The position numbers were made by a program, and so were the translations under genes. A DNA stretch of 44,783 nucleotides, taken from assembly GCA_005239945.1 (NCBI GenBank), contig SBAY01000363.1:1-44783 (forward strand). Direction: 5' to 3'. This document shows positions 34,199-43,900 of the stretch, one piece after another. This stretch comes from Nitrospira sp. GTDB lineage: Bacteria > UBA9089 > CG2-30-40-21 > SBAY01. Positions within the stretch are counted from its first letter, which is position 1. Each line of letters starts with the position of its first letter. The notes beneath the pieces were generated by a model. That model had not been told where the DNA came from, searched no databases, and worked only from the letters and a program-made list of their open reading frames with translations.

Positions 34199-35134
34199 AT
34201 GGAAGACCTAAATGAGTGGGGTAATAGACTCCTTTTTTCAGTATTTAAAAATGGAATGAGTAATACAGTTAGTGCAGTCATGGAAAAAATAGAATCAGCA
34301 TTTAAATTAGATAAAAACGATGATAAAATTTCAAGGATAGAAAAAGAACCGGATAACTTTAAAAATGAACTATTGCGCCACCTAATGACATATAAAGCAG
34401 TGGCAATACGGTCTCCTATTCCAATTATTCCATTAGTGGATTATGCAAATGAGGTTATAGAAGAAGTAGAGAAGAATGAAAGAATGGAGGGAAGAGAACT
34501 TTTAAATTTTATAAGTGAGAAATGTGCTTCTTTAAGGCAGGAAATGGAGACGAAAAGGAAGGAAGCTATTAAACGGGCAGGAGATCTGGTAAAAAGAGGA
34601 GTAGTATTTCTGGGAGGAGAAGAAAGTGATTTCTCAACGAAAATTATAGAAGAATCAAGAAAAGAATCAGGAAAAAGTTGGCATAACACACGAATTATAT
34701 TTCCTATTCATCGAGAAGGAGAGGACTCTATTCCCTTTAAATTGAAAGGTGAGCGATATGAGGAAGAGTATGAACAAAAAAGAGCAATAGAATCTGATAT
34801 AGACAAATTTAAGGAAATTATTATTCCAAGTAGAGTTAAACATGTTATTACAGAGGCTTATATAAGGAGTAAAGAAGGAAGTGTACTCTGTATCTATGGT
34901 ATGAAGAAGATAGCATCTATGATAAATGAAAGGGAAATTCCTTTCTATATTTTAGAGGATTCTTTTTCTAATGATTACCCCCAAGATATTTTAAAGAATA
35001 TGGTCGAAGAATTTCCCCTCCTGAAAAAATTTTGTGATTTTCTTCCTTCAGAATACATTACGGGAATAATTAATGAAAATGGTATCCATCAGAGGAGAGA
35101 TTTTAATAAAAGAGAGACAATTGAAACTCATTAA
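34199..35134 (+). CDS. hypothetical protein, possible divergent eIF-2B/MtnA/R15P-isomerase-fold protein
   Basis: SD AAGGAG lies 6 nt upstream. The C-terminal HVITEAYIRSKEGSVLCIYGMKKIASMINEREIPFYIL....DFLPSEYITGIINENGI aligns by eye with the family pattern V(I/V)VGADxIxxNGxVxNKxGTxxxAxxAxxxxxPFxV....fDxTPxxlItgiiTExG. The GAD Asp is replaced here (EAY). Confidence 0.35.
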   Translation: MEDLNEWGNRLLFSVFKNGMSNTVSAVMEKIESAFKLDKNDDKISRIEKEPDNFKNELLRHLMTYKAVAIRSPIPIIPLVDYANEVIEEVEKNERMEGRELLNFISEKCASLRQEMETKRKEAIKRAGDLVKRGVVFLGGEESDFSTKIIEESRKESGKSWHNTRIIFPIHREGEDSIPFKLKGERYEEEYEQKRAIESDIDKFKEIIIPSRVKHVITEAYIRSKEGSVLCIYGMKKIASMINEREIPFYILEDSFSNDYPQDILKNMVEEFPLLKKFCDFLPSEYITGIINENGIHQRRDFNKRETIETH

Positions 35135-35187
35135 CTCAGTTTATAATAATCCTACCCTATCCTATTCTAACTCTCTAAAAATAGTTA

Positions 35188-36288
35188 TTATTGATTTTCT
35201 CGAAAGTAATAATACTGCCCGCCAATTAATTGTTTTAATTCTTCAGGTCTTGGTGAGTATTTCAAAGCATTTTCATAAGTAATTAATTTACTCTCATAAA
35301 GTTCTTTGAGTGACATATTCATTGTTTGCATCTTATACTCCTTTCCGGTTTGCATATAAGTATAGATTTGTGGCAATTTTTTGGGGTCTTCATCCCGAAT
35401 TAGACTTCGGACCGCTTCTGTATCAGATAGAACTTCACAGGCTAATACCCTTCCCGTGCCAGAGAAATGAGGTAATAATTGCTGTGAAATTACAGCCTTT
35501 ATCACAAAAGATAATTGAGTTCTTACCTGCCTTTGCTCATTTTTAGGAAATACATCAATGATACGGTTGATTGACTGGACAGCATCCGAAGTATGTAGAG
35601 TAGAAAAGACTAAGTGTCCTGTCTCAGCTATATTCAGAGTAACTCTGATAGTTTCTAAATCACGCATCTCTCCTACCAGAATTATATCAGGGTCCTGTCG
35701 CAGTACATACTTTAGAGCATTAGTAAAAGATTTAGTATCAGCAACTATCTCCCGCTGGTGGACAATAGACTGTTTGGAACGATGATAAAATTCTATCGGG
35801 TCTTCAACAGTTATAATATGTTCTTTACGATTAGTATTTATATAATCAATCATAGAAGCTAATGTAGTTGTTTTCCCTGTACCAGTAGGACCTGTTACCA
35901 AAACTAAACCAGGAGAGCCTGGAGGTAATTTTACTATATCATCTACAATAGAAGGAAGGCGTAACTTATTAAAGTTAGGCACCTCATGCGGAATACTTCG
36001 TAACGCAGCACAAACTGTCCCTTTCTGACGAAATACATTCATCCTTATCCTACCCATATTTCTAATCTCTAAAGATAAATCCAATTCATTATCCTCTTCA
36101 AATTTCCTCTTCTGGTCATCATTTAAGACAGAGTAAATAATTGACTGGGTTCTTTGTGGACCGAGATTCTCATCCTTTACAGGAGTTAGTAAACCATCGA
36201 TTCTTATCATCGGTGGTTTTTCTATCCCAATATGTATATCAGAAGCTCCTCTATCTCTCATTAGTTGCACTAACTGAAAAATATCCAT
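35188..36288 (-). CDS. pilT: PilT-family type IV pilus retraction ATPase
   Basis: Walker A GPTGTGKTT, Walker B ILVGEMRD, His box TGHLVFSTLHT and the PilT-type AVRSLIRDED motif. 366 aa with no N-terminal T2SSE_N domain. Confidence 0.85.
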   Translation of the reverse strand: MDIFQLVQLMRDRGASDIHIGIEKPPMIRIDGLLTPVKDENLGPQRTQSIIYSVLNDDQKRKFEEDNELDLSLEIRNMGRIRMNVFRQKGTVCAALRSIPHEVPNFNKLRLPSIVDDIVKLPPGSPGLVLVTGPTGTGKTTTLASMIDYINTNRKEHIITVEDPIEFYHRSKQSIVHQREIVADTKSFTNALKYVLRQDPDIILVGEMRDLETIRVTLNIAETGHLVFSTLHTSDAVQSINRIIDVFPKNEQRQVRTQLSFVIKAVISQQLLPHFSGTGRVLACEVLSDTEAVRSLIRDEDPKKLPQIYTYMQTGKEYKMQTMNMSLKELYESKLITYENALKYSPRPEELKQLIGGQYYYFRENQ

Positions 36289-36294
36289 TTTAAA

Positions 36295-37245
36295 TTATAC
36301 CTCCTTTTCTGATGGAATATAATTGAATTTTTGAAGTAATTTCTTCCTTCCTACCCCACCCAAAATCTTGTTAATTGTCTCCATAATATTTTTAGGAGAG
36401 CCTAAGAAAACCTTAACCTGACAACCTGTTATAGTCTCGATGAGTTCAATACTTTGAGAATCATTAGGGTCAGCTATAACTACTGTAAGTTGATTATCTA
36501 TTTTGGCAATAGGTATTAAGCAACAGACTCTAAGAATTTCTTCAGGGATATTCTGGACAACTTCAGCATCGATTGTTTCTGGAATTAGGTAGATGTAAGG
36601 GGCATTAAGTTGCTTACTCAATGTCCAATTTATAGGCCCTTCCTCAACCCCATTATTAACTAACGCCTTTTCCAGACTTATTTTCTTTTCCTCTTGTTCT
36701 TTCAACGCATCTTCTAACTGTTTTTTTGTAATTAATCCTTCTGGAACTGCATATTTCTTCACGCCTTCTAACAATGCCTTCTCAGTTTCTAAAGACCTCC
36801 TATATTCTTCCTTCACTTCAGAAATTTCTTCCCTGGGTCTACCTAACAGTCTCTCAAGTATTCTGTTTTTATGTTCCAGAGCCTTTTCCACTTCTGAATA
36901 TAAAATCTCGTTAGCACTTTCTCTCGTTTTATCAATATACTGCCAGATGCCAAATTCCATCGCCTTCCGAACATTCTCTAAAGTTCCATAGGCGGTTAAG
37001 ACAATTATCTGTGTAAATAAGTTTTTGAGCCTAACCGCTTTTACTACATCTAATCCTCCTTCTTCATCTCCCTCCCTCAATTTCATATCAACTACCGCGA
37101 CATCAAAAGCAGGACTTTCTCTAATAGTCTCAATCGCTTCCTCCTTACTATCTACTCCCTCTACTTCATACCCTTTTTCTTTAAGCTTCTCAACCATCTC
37201 TTTTAATGTAGTTAATTCATCATCAACAATTAGTATCTTAGACAT
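36295..37245 (-). CDS. response-regulator receiver fused to a T2SSE_N (GspE/PilB N-terminal, MshEN-like) domain
   Basis: REC: ILIVDDE, VAVVDMKL, LTAYG. C-half: GLITKKQLEDALKEQ..SLEKALVNNGV..LSKQLNAPYIYL..IDAEVVQNIPEEILRVCCLIPIAKIDNQLTVVIADPND is typical of T2SSE_N. It overlaps the kinase stop by 8 bp and lies 6 bp upstream of pilT. Confidence 0.75.
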   Translation of the reverse strand: MSKILIVDDELTTLKEMVEKLKEKGYEVEGVDSKEEAIETIRESPAFDVAVVDMKLREGDEEGGLDVVKAVRLKNLFTQIIVLTAYGTLENVRKAMEFGIWQYIDKTRESANEILYSEVEKALEHKNRILERLLGRPREEISEVKEEYRRSLETEKALLEGVKKYAVPEGLITKKQLEDALKEQEEKKISLEKALVNNGVEEGPINWTLSKQLNAPYIYLIPETIDAEVVQNIPEEILRVCCLIPIAKIDNQLTVVIADPNDSQSIELIETITGCQVKVFLGSPKNIMETINKILGGVGRKKLLQKFNYIPSEKEV

Positions 37246-40200
37246 TAATCTCTCCTCCTTTTCTCTGCCTCACAGGCAGAAAGATTACAAACTTTGCTCC
37301 CTTACCAAAAGTTCCTTCTTCCCTTATAATCCCTTTATGATAATTGATAATAATCTCTATGATAGAAAGTCCCAAACCAGTGCCATTTTTCCTTGTAGTA
37401 ACTAAAGGCTCAAATATCCTTGATTTATTTTCTTCTGCCACACCTATTCCTGTATCAATAAATTCTATCATAATGTAGCCATCTTCTTTTAAATTATAAG
37501 ATTTACTTTCATGAGAAGGAATAAATTTAGTATTAATTTCGAGTTTTCCCTTCCCATCCTTCAAATCTATCTTTGATAACAAACTATTAAAATCCTCTGG
37601 TGATATATCCAGCATAAATTGGTTTTTTATCATCCTTCGTAATTCTTCTTCCTCTTTTTGCCCTGTTCTTTCTTGCCAGATGAATTTTTTTATATTCATA
37701 AAATATTTAGCATTTTGAGCTAATTCTGAAAATGCCTCCTTTAATTTTTCTGAGTCTCCTTCTATAGAATTTAACTTCTCATCAAAATTGAAACTTATTT
37801 CTATCTGTTCACGCTCAGGAGAAGGGAATATAGAAGTAACTGCTTTATTCAAAATAGAATTTACATTTACTGAGCTAATTGTTACATTTAAAGGCTTTGC
37901 AAACTCAGTAATTTCTCGCACAATTCTCCTGGCATCTTCAATTTCCTCTTTCATATCTTTTACCTTATTTTGAATCTCATTAAGATTATTCTTTGATAAG
38001 ATTGATGTTCGTAGTTCCTCTAATGCATAAATTTTATTACCTATCTTATGAGAAACCTTTGCGGCAAGATCTCGCCATCCAGACAATTTCCTTACGATAA
38101 AATCTTCCCGAGTTTCGTCTAATTCTATTCTTATCTCTCCAAGTTGAAATTTTATCTTTTCAAACGCCTGAAGATGTAAAATAGAACTTGTTATAGAGTG
38201 TCTTATTTCATTTAGAAATTCCTTATCTTCCTCAGTAAACTCATTACCTTCCTGAAATCTATTTAAGCCAATTACTCCCCACAGGTTTCTATCATTATCC
38301 ATAATAGGAAAACCAAGATATAATCCTTTTTGGATTACTAATTGCTGTTGTGCTGTTTCTCCTATATTACCTTCACCAATTTTACACTTATAATTTATTA
38401 TATATTTATTGTAAGGTATTATGTATCCACGAGAGGGTCTATTAATCTTCACAAAAAGTAATATATCGTCTTTTTTATCATAAAGATATATAGCACAAAC
38501 TGCTTTGAAATAATCAGCAAGGGTAGTAGATATATCTTCCAAAAGGTCAACAAGGTTATAAGTAGTAGGTGATTTTCTCATTATGTTATCGAATACCTTA
38601 AATATCCCTTTTCTTTCCAACTTTTGAATAACAATAGATATTTGACTGCTGAGTATTTCTAATGCTTGCATATCAAGGTCAGTAATAGGGTAGTTTTGAT
38701 AACTATACTTTCTATCTGCTAACATTATTCCTTTTACCCTACCTGTGATAATTAAAGGGATAATGACAAAGGCATCTGAGCTTAACTCTCCTAAGAGATC
38801 TTTCATTACTGCAATTATATTCTCATTCTCATCTATATTCCTAATATGAAGTGATTTTTTTTCAGAAATACATTCCTCTCTTATCATATATGGACAGTTT
38901 TTAAGAGGAACTTCTATCTTTTCAAGTTCCTCTGTTATCTTTGTTCTTATTGGGTAATTTTTAATGCTGTCCTCCATAGAAATTCCCTTTGAAATTGTCT
39001 CCTCCCATTCTTCCCCATCAATTGGTCCAACTCCTTTTTCTCCTATTAACTTTTCCTCATCTATAAAAAAAATCATTGCCCTATTAAATCCTAATCCTTC
39101 ACCATGAGTAACACCGGTTAAAAAAATATGGAGTAATTCATTCAAGTCTCTTGCATTGTGCAGGTATGTAATTATCCTCTGAATTATCTTTATTTTTTCA
39201 TCCCACCAGGAGGATACTGTCTTTTTTAATTCATAGAATTGCAAATTATTAAGGATACCTCCTATATGGGGACATAATTCAAGAAGAATTTCTAACTCTT
39301 CTTCAGTATAATAAGGCTCTTCTATCTTTTTCTTCTTTAATCCTAATATCCCCAATAACTTATCTCCATATACTATAGGCACAAATAATTCCATTTCCAT
39401 CTTTTCAAGGTTTTTTTTAAAATCCCCCCATATCTTTTTTCCTGTCAACCATTTTTTAAAGATTGGATATCTTTCTAATCTTTCTTTTAATATCACCTTC
39501 TTCTCTTTTTTAAGCCATTCAACCATAATCTCATTTAGTCCAAATATCTCTTCCTTGACCAAACTATCTACTCCAATACTCCAATTTACTTTATACCTTC
39601 TTTCCACCTCATCTAATAACAGGATAACACTCTTATCCAGAGGCACTACCTGTTTAAGAGTGTCTTCAATTATAACAAATAAGGCTTGTTTATTATTTAC
39701 AGAAAGGGTTCTTCTCTTAAAGTTTTCAATTATTTGTTCTAACTCATACCTTCGATAGAATACCCATCTATCAATGAATCTTCTTACCTCCTCATTTTCA
39801 ATTAGTTGAAAGGCAATTGTTATTAAAATGGCAGAAATAAAAACAAGGATTATCCCCCATCCTGGAGAAATGGTGAATAATCTTCCAATGCCAATTACAA
39901 TAAAAATAATTACAAAGGATAATAAAAGATAAATACTACCCTTTCTAACTACGATTTCCATTAATCTATATTTAAAGATGACATAACCGACCATCAAAGA
40001 GAAAAAGACAGCTATTAAATGTCCTGTTATGTATATCCAGGATAAAGCAGGGAGTTTAGAGATATATACTAACAAAGCATTAACTATCCCTCCTACTATA
40101 ACTACAACTACTACAACACTTAATAATATTAATTTTCTCTTCTCCGCTCGATTTTGTGTTAAAAAACATTTTCTGCACATTAATACGGCCCCGTAGGCTG

Positions 40201-40702
40201 TAAAAATAAAAAAGGCTATAAGAAAGGGAATAAGGAGATATAGTGGGGCACTTATTTGGGGATAATAGTATTTAGAAGAAGAAAAATGAACAAGGTTTAT
40301 ATTTATATACATTAGTCCAAGAATTGCTAAAACAACGCTGGAAATATATCCTATTCTGGATACCCAGCGATGAACACCTTTATTATTATTTGTAATAATT
40401 AATACAAAATGAAAAAAGGTAGAGTAGATAAATGGTATAGCTATTTTAGGGAGTGTCAAATAAAAAGTTTTGGGAAATCCGAAAGATAGAATTGCTAAAA
40501 AAAGATTAACTTCTTCTTTAGTTTTAATAAGAGAGACTCCTGCATATTCCAATCCCCAGACGCTTAAACAAAATTCTAATCCTGCAAATACGCAATTTAT
40601 AACTCTTTTAGGATTTTGAACCAACACAAAAATAGCTAATCCAAGATTGATGAAAGCGGCAAAGAAATAAAAATTAGCGTGATGAATATTGTGTATATCC
40701 AA
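37238..40702 (-). CDS. large sensor histidine kinase (multi-TM N-domain, GAF-like repeats, HisKA-like, HATPase_c)
   Basis: 1154 aa. TTG start with AGGAGA 6 nt upstream. About 8 TM helices in the first 300 aa, then at least two GAF-like regions (..LFVPIVYGDKLLGILGL.., ..FVIIPLIITGRVKGIMLA.., ..FPIMDNDRNLWGVIGL..). H-box-like AAKVSHKIGNKIYAL, and C-terminal DTGIGV / GTGLGLSI. An insertion of about 70 aa lies between the N and G boxes. Confidence 0.8.
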   Translation of the reverse strand: MDIHNIHHANFYFFAAFINLGLAIFVLVQNPKRVINCVFAGLEFCLSVWGLEYAGVSLIKTKEEVNLFLAILSFGFPKTFYLTLPKIAIPFIYSTFFHFVLIITNNNKGVHRWVSRIGYISSVVLAILGLMYININLVHFSSSKYYYPQISAPLYLLIPFLIAFFIFTAYGAVLMCRKCFLTQNRAEKRKLILLSVVVVVVIVGGIVNALLVYISKLPALSWIYITGHLIAVFFSLMVGYVIFKYRLMEIVVRKGSIYLLLSFVIIFIVIGIGRLFTISPGWGIILVFISAILITIAFQLIENEEVRRFIDRWVFYRRYELEQIIENFKRRTLSVNNKQALFVIIEDTLKQVVPLDKSVILLLDEVERRYKVNWSIGVDSLVKEEIFGLNEIMVEWLKKEKKVILKERLERYPIFKKWLTGKKIWGDFKKNLEKMEMELFVPIVYGDKLLGILGLKKKKIEEPYYTEEELEILLELCPHIGGILNNLQFYELKKTVSSWWDEKIKIIQRIITYLHNARDLNELLHIFLTGVTHGEGLGFNRAMIFFIDEEKLIGEKGVGPIDGEEWEETISKGISMEDSIKNYPIRTKITEELEKIEVPLKNCPYMIREECISEKKSLHIRNIDENENIIAVMKDLLGELSSDAFVIIPLIITGRVKGIMLADRKYSYQNYPITDLDMQALEILSSQISIVIQKLERKGIFKVFDNIMRKSPTTYNLVDLLEDISTTLADYFKAVCAIYLYDKKDDILLFVKINRPSRGYIIPYNKYIINYKCKIGEGNIGETAQQQLVIQKGLYLGFPIMDNDRNLWGVIGLNRFQEGNEFTEEDKEFLNEIRHSITSSILHLQAFEKIKFQLGEIRIELDETREDFIVRKLSGWRDLAAKVSHKIGNKIYALEELRTSILSKNNLNEIQNKVKDMKEEIEDARRIVREITEFAKPLNVTISSVNVNSILNKAVTSIFPSPEREQIEISFNFDEKLNSIEGDSEKLKEAFSELAQNAKYFMNIKKFIWQERTGQKEEEELRRMIKNQFMLDISPEDFNSLLSKIDLKDGKGKLEINTKFIPSHESKSYNLKEDGYIMIEFIDTGIGVAEENKSRIFEPLVTTRKNGTGLGLSIIEIIINYHKGIIREEGTFGKGAKFVIFLPVRQRKGGEINV

Positions 40703-40851
40703 TTATAGTCTCCTGAATTTAACTATATGATGATGCATCAAAAGAGGTTATTCTACTATACTGCACCAAACCTACCTTCCCGAATTCCAAAAGGTTTTTT
40801 ACCAATACCAATAGGTGAAATTATTCCTCAAAAACTACATTTACAATGATT

Positions 40852-40880
40852 ATAATATTATAATATTGTAAAAAAGTCAA
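40852..40880 (-). promoter_or_regulatory. candidate promoter (TTGACT-17-TATTAT on the minus strand) for the kinase operon, overlapping a 14-bp perfect palindrome
   Basis: The minus strand reads ttgact tttttacaatattataa tattat. AATATTATAATATT (40854-40867) is a perfect palindrome within it. Divergent from the hicA promoter. Confidence 0.35.
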
Positions 40881-40900
40881 GAAAAATTATAAAAAATATC

Positions 40901-40929
40901 TTGCAAAAATTGGAATTATGGTGTAAAAT
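40901..40929 (+). promoter_or_regulatory. sigma70-like promoter TTGCAA-17-TAAAAT for hicAB-2
   Basis: TTGCAA 40901-40906, 17-bp spacer, TAAAAT 40924-40929. Confidence 0.5.
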
Positions 40930-40950
40930 TATAGAAGATGGTGACACTAT

Positions 40951-41217
40951 ATGGATATGAGTAAGATTGAAGATATTCTTATCCAGATGAAGAGTAATCC
41001 CAAAGATATCAGATTTAGCAATTTGTGCAGGGTTTGTGATTTTTATTTCGGGAAAGCTCGTCAAGAAAGAAGCAGTCATCGAGTATATAAAACACCGTGG
41101 CAGGGTGATCCACGGGTGAATATTCAGAATCATAAAGGAAGAGCCAAGGCATATCAGGTTAAACAGGTACTCAATGTTATTGAAAGGTTGGAGGTAGATT
41201 ATGGTACTGGAAAATGA
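40951..41217 (+). CDS. hicA: HicA-family toxin (long form)
   Basis: 88 aa. ..RQERSSHRVYKTPWQGDPRVNIQNHKGRAKAYQVKQVLNVIE carries the SH motif and the K.YQVKQV tail seen in HicA-like toxins. It overlaps the downstream hicB by 17 bp. Confidence 0.6.
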   Translation: MDMSKIEDILIQMKSNPKDIRFSNLCRVCDFYFGKARQERSSHRVYKTPWQGDPRVNIQNHKGRAKAYQVKQVLNVIERLEVDYGTGK

Positions 41218-41530
41218 TCGTTATACCTACCGAGTAACTTGGGCTGAAGACGATAATGAATATGTCGGTTTGTGTGTAGAGTTTCCGAGTTTGAGCTGGC
41301 TGGCTGAGACACCAGAATTAGCCTTAAAAGGCATTCGCAAAGTAGTTGCAGATGTTGTGAGGGATATGCAAGACAATGGTGAGATATTACCTGAAGCAAT
41401 TGCTTGTAAGCGATATAGCGGCAAATTTATGGTACGTGTACCGATAGAAATCCATCGAAATCTTGCAATCCGGGCAGCAGAATCTGGTGTCAGCATGAAT
41501 CGGCTTGCCAGTTCAAGGTTAAGTCAATAG
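41201..41530 (+). CDS. hicB: HicB-family antitoxin with a C-terminal RHH-like DNA-binding tail
   Basis: YTYRVTWAEDDNEYVGLCVEFPSLSWLAETPELALKGIRKVV followed by YSGKFMVRVPIEIHRNLAIRAAESGVSMNRL, the classic HicB arrangement. Confidence 0.78.
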   Translation: MVLENDRYTYRVTWAEDDNEYVGLCVEFPSLSWLAETPELALKGIRKVVADVVRDMQDNGEILPEAIACKRYSGKFMVRVPIEIHRNLAIRAAESGVSMNRLASSRLSQ

Positions 41531-41619
41531 GAAGAGGAGTAAGCTCATCTTGAATTGTGAATTAAAGAAAGAAGGTTAATTTGTTAAAAACAGATGAGTA
41601 GTTTCGAAAATGTTGATAA

Positions 41620-42639
<1,020 letters not shown>

Positions 42640-42654
42640 AGGAGGAGAGAATTA

Positions 42655-42735
42655 GTAATCGGATTTACAGGTTTTAAACCTGGAGCGGATTAAACGGATA
42701 AATAAAAAAATAAAATCCGCTTAATCCGATTACTA
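42655..42735 (+). terminator. GTAATCGGATT-word hairpin after gap
   Basis: agtaatcggatt tacaggttttaaacctgg agcggattaa..ttaatccgc? The right arm taaaatccgcttaatccgattact pairs with the left arm, which also contains an internal caggttt/aaacctg mini-hairpin. There is an A/T-rich loop and no clean U-tract. Confidence 0.4.
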
Positions 42736-42777
42736 AATTAAATTTTGACATTACCAATGAAAAAATAGGAGCAAATC

Positions 42778-43188
42778 ATGATAGTAGAGAATAAAGATAT
42801 TCGATGGAAACAACGGTTTCAGAATTTTGACAAGGCTTATTTGCTGTTAGAGAGGACATTGAAGATAGAAAATCCATCGGAAGCGGAAAAAGGTGGGATA
42901 ATTCAATTTTATGAAATGGCTTTTGATCTTGCCTGGAAATTAATGAAGGATTACCTGGATGAACAGGGGTTTACTGTCCAGTCGCCACGCGAAGCTATTA
43001 AACAGGCTTTTCAATCGAGTATTATTGAAGATGGGCATATTTGGATTGATGCTTTAGAGGACAGAAACCTGACCACGCATACATACGATGAAGAGATTGC
43101 CACAGAAGTCGTATCAAAAATTCGCCTGGTTTATTTTCCCGCTTTAAGCCAATTACATAACTTGTTAAGGTCTAAGGCAGAATTATGA
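42778..43188 (+). CDS. HEPN-domain protein, HI0074-type nucleotidyltransferase substrate-binding family (type VII TA toxin-like)
   Basis: 136 aa. RWKQRFQNFDKAYLLL.. and ..DRNLTTHTYDE contains the R-x4-H HEPN motif (RNLTTH). Its stop overlaps the next start (ATGA). Confidence 0.75.
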   Translation: MIVENKDIRWKQRFQNFDKAYLLLERTLKIENPSEAEKGGIIQFYEMAFDLAWKLMKDYLDEQGFTVQSPREAIKQAFQSSIIEDGHIWIDALEDRNLTTHTYDEEIATEVVSKIRLVYFPALSQLHNLLRSKAEL

Positions 43189-43511
43189 ATACAGGATTAA
43201 AAAAACAGGATATTGATGATGTCCTGAAAGCCCTGAAGCAATGCCCTGAAGTGGAAGAGGCTATTATTTTCGGTTCTCGGGCCAAAGGAAACTCCAAACC
43301 AGGTTCTGATGTGGATCTGGCTGTTAAAGGCAAAAATGTGACGCATGACATCGTACTAAAGTTGATTGAACTGCTTAATGAAGAGCTTCCTTCGCCTTAC
43401 TTTTTTGATGTTGTGCATTATGAGAAAATAAATAGCCGGGAACTTATTGATCATATCGACCGTGTGGGGAAAATTGTTTACTCTGTTTCAAAGAAAATAC
43501 GAAGAAGATAA
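43185..43511 (+). CDS. minimal nucleotidyltransferase (MNT antitoxin-like)
   Basis: IFGSRAKGNSKPGSDVDLAV is the GSxxxG..(x)SDxDL polymerase-beta-type NTase motif. 108 aa. Confidence 0.8.
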   Translation: MNTGLKKQDIDDVLKALKQCPEVEEAIIFGSRAKGNSKPGSDVDLAVKGKNVTHDIVLKLIELLNEELPSPYFFDVVHYEKINSRELIDHIDRVGKIVYSVSKKIRRR

Positions 43512-43535
43512 AAATCTGCAGAGGACGCAGATTTT
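43511..43535 (+). terminator. small hairpin aaaatctgc-agaggac-gcagatttt after the MNT gene
   Basis: A 9-bp perfect stem and a 7-nt loop, with the right arm ending in TTTT. It starts at the stop codon of the MNT gene. Confidence 0.5.
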
Positions 43536-43593
43536 AGAGATACTAAAAACTATATACTCTAAACTAAAAACTATTAAAATGAAGGTAATAAAT

Positions 43594-43836
43594 ATGATAA
43601 CATTACCAACTACTGAAGCAAGAACAAAACTAGATAATCTGATGGACGAGATGGCGTTATCGCATCAACCTATTCAGATCAGAGGCAAAAGAACTAATGC
43701 TGTTCTTATCACAGGGAAAGATTGGCGAGCAATAGAGGAGACTCTTTATCTTCTGTCAATCCCAGGAATAAGAGAGTCGATTCGAGAAGGACTTGAAACA
43801 CCCATCAATAAATGCAGCAAGGAACTAAAGTGGTGA
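43594..43836 (+). CDS. Phd/YefM-family antitoxin
   Basis: Trimmed to ATG 43594 (AAGG 8 nt upstream). TEARTKLDNLMDEM..QPIQIRGKRTNAVLITGKDWRAIEETLYLLSIPG is the canonical Phd/YefM pattern. Confidence 0.78.
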   Translation: MITLPTTEARTKLDNLMDEMALSHQPIQIRGKRTNAVLITGKDWRAIEETLYLLSIPGIRESIREGLETPINKCSKELKW

Positions 43837-43868
43837 GTTGGCAACTGGTTTTCACAAAAAGGTTATGA
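43833..43868 (+). pseudogene. ~11-codon stub of a RelE/ParE-type toxin
   Basis: GTG 43833 overlaps the phd stop (GTGA) and reads (M)SWQLVFTKRL-stop. One extra A in the A-run at 43856-43860 would read SWQLVFTKKVMNFAKELG.., a RelE/ParE-like N-terminus that then runs straight into the vapB-like ORF. Confidence 0.3.
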
Positions 43869-43900
43869 ATTTTGCAAAAGAATTAGGGAGTATGATTAAA

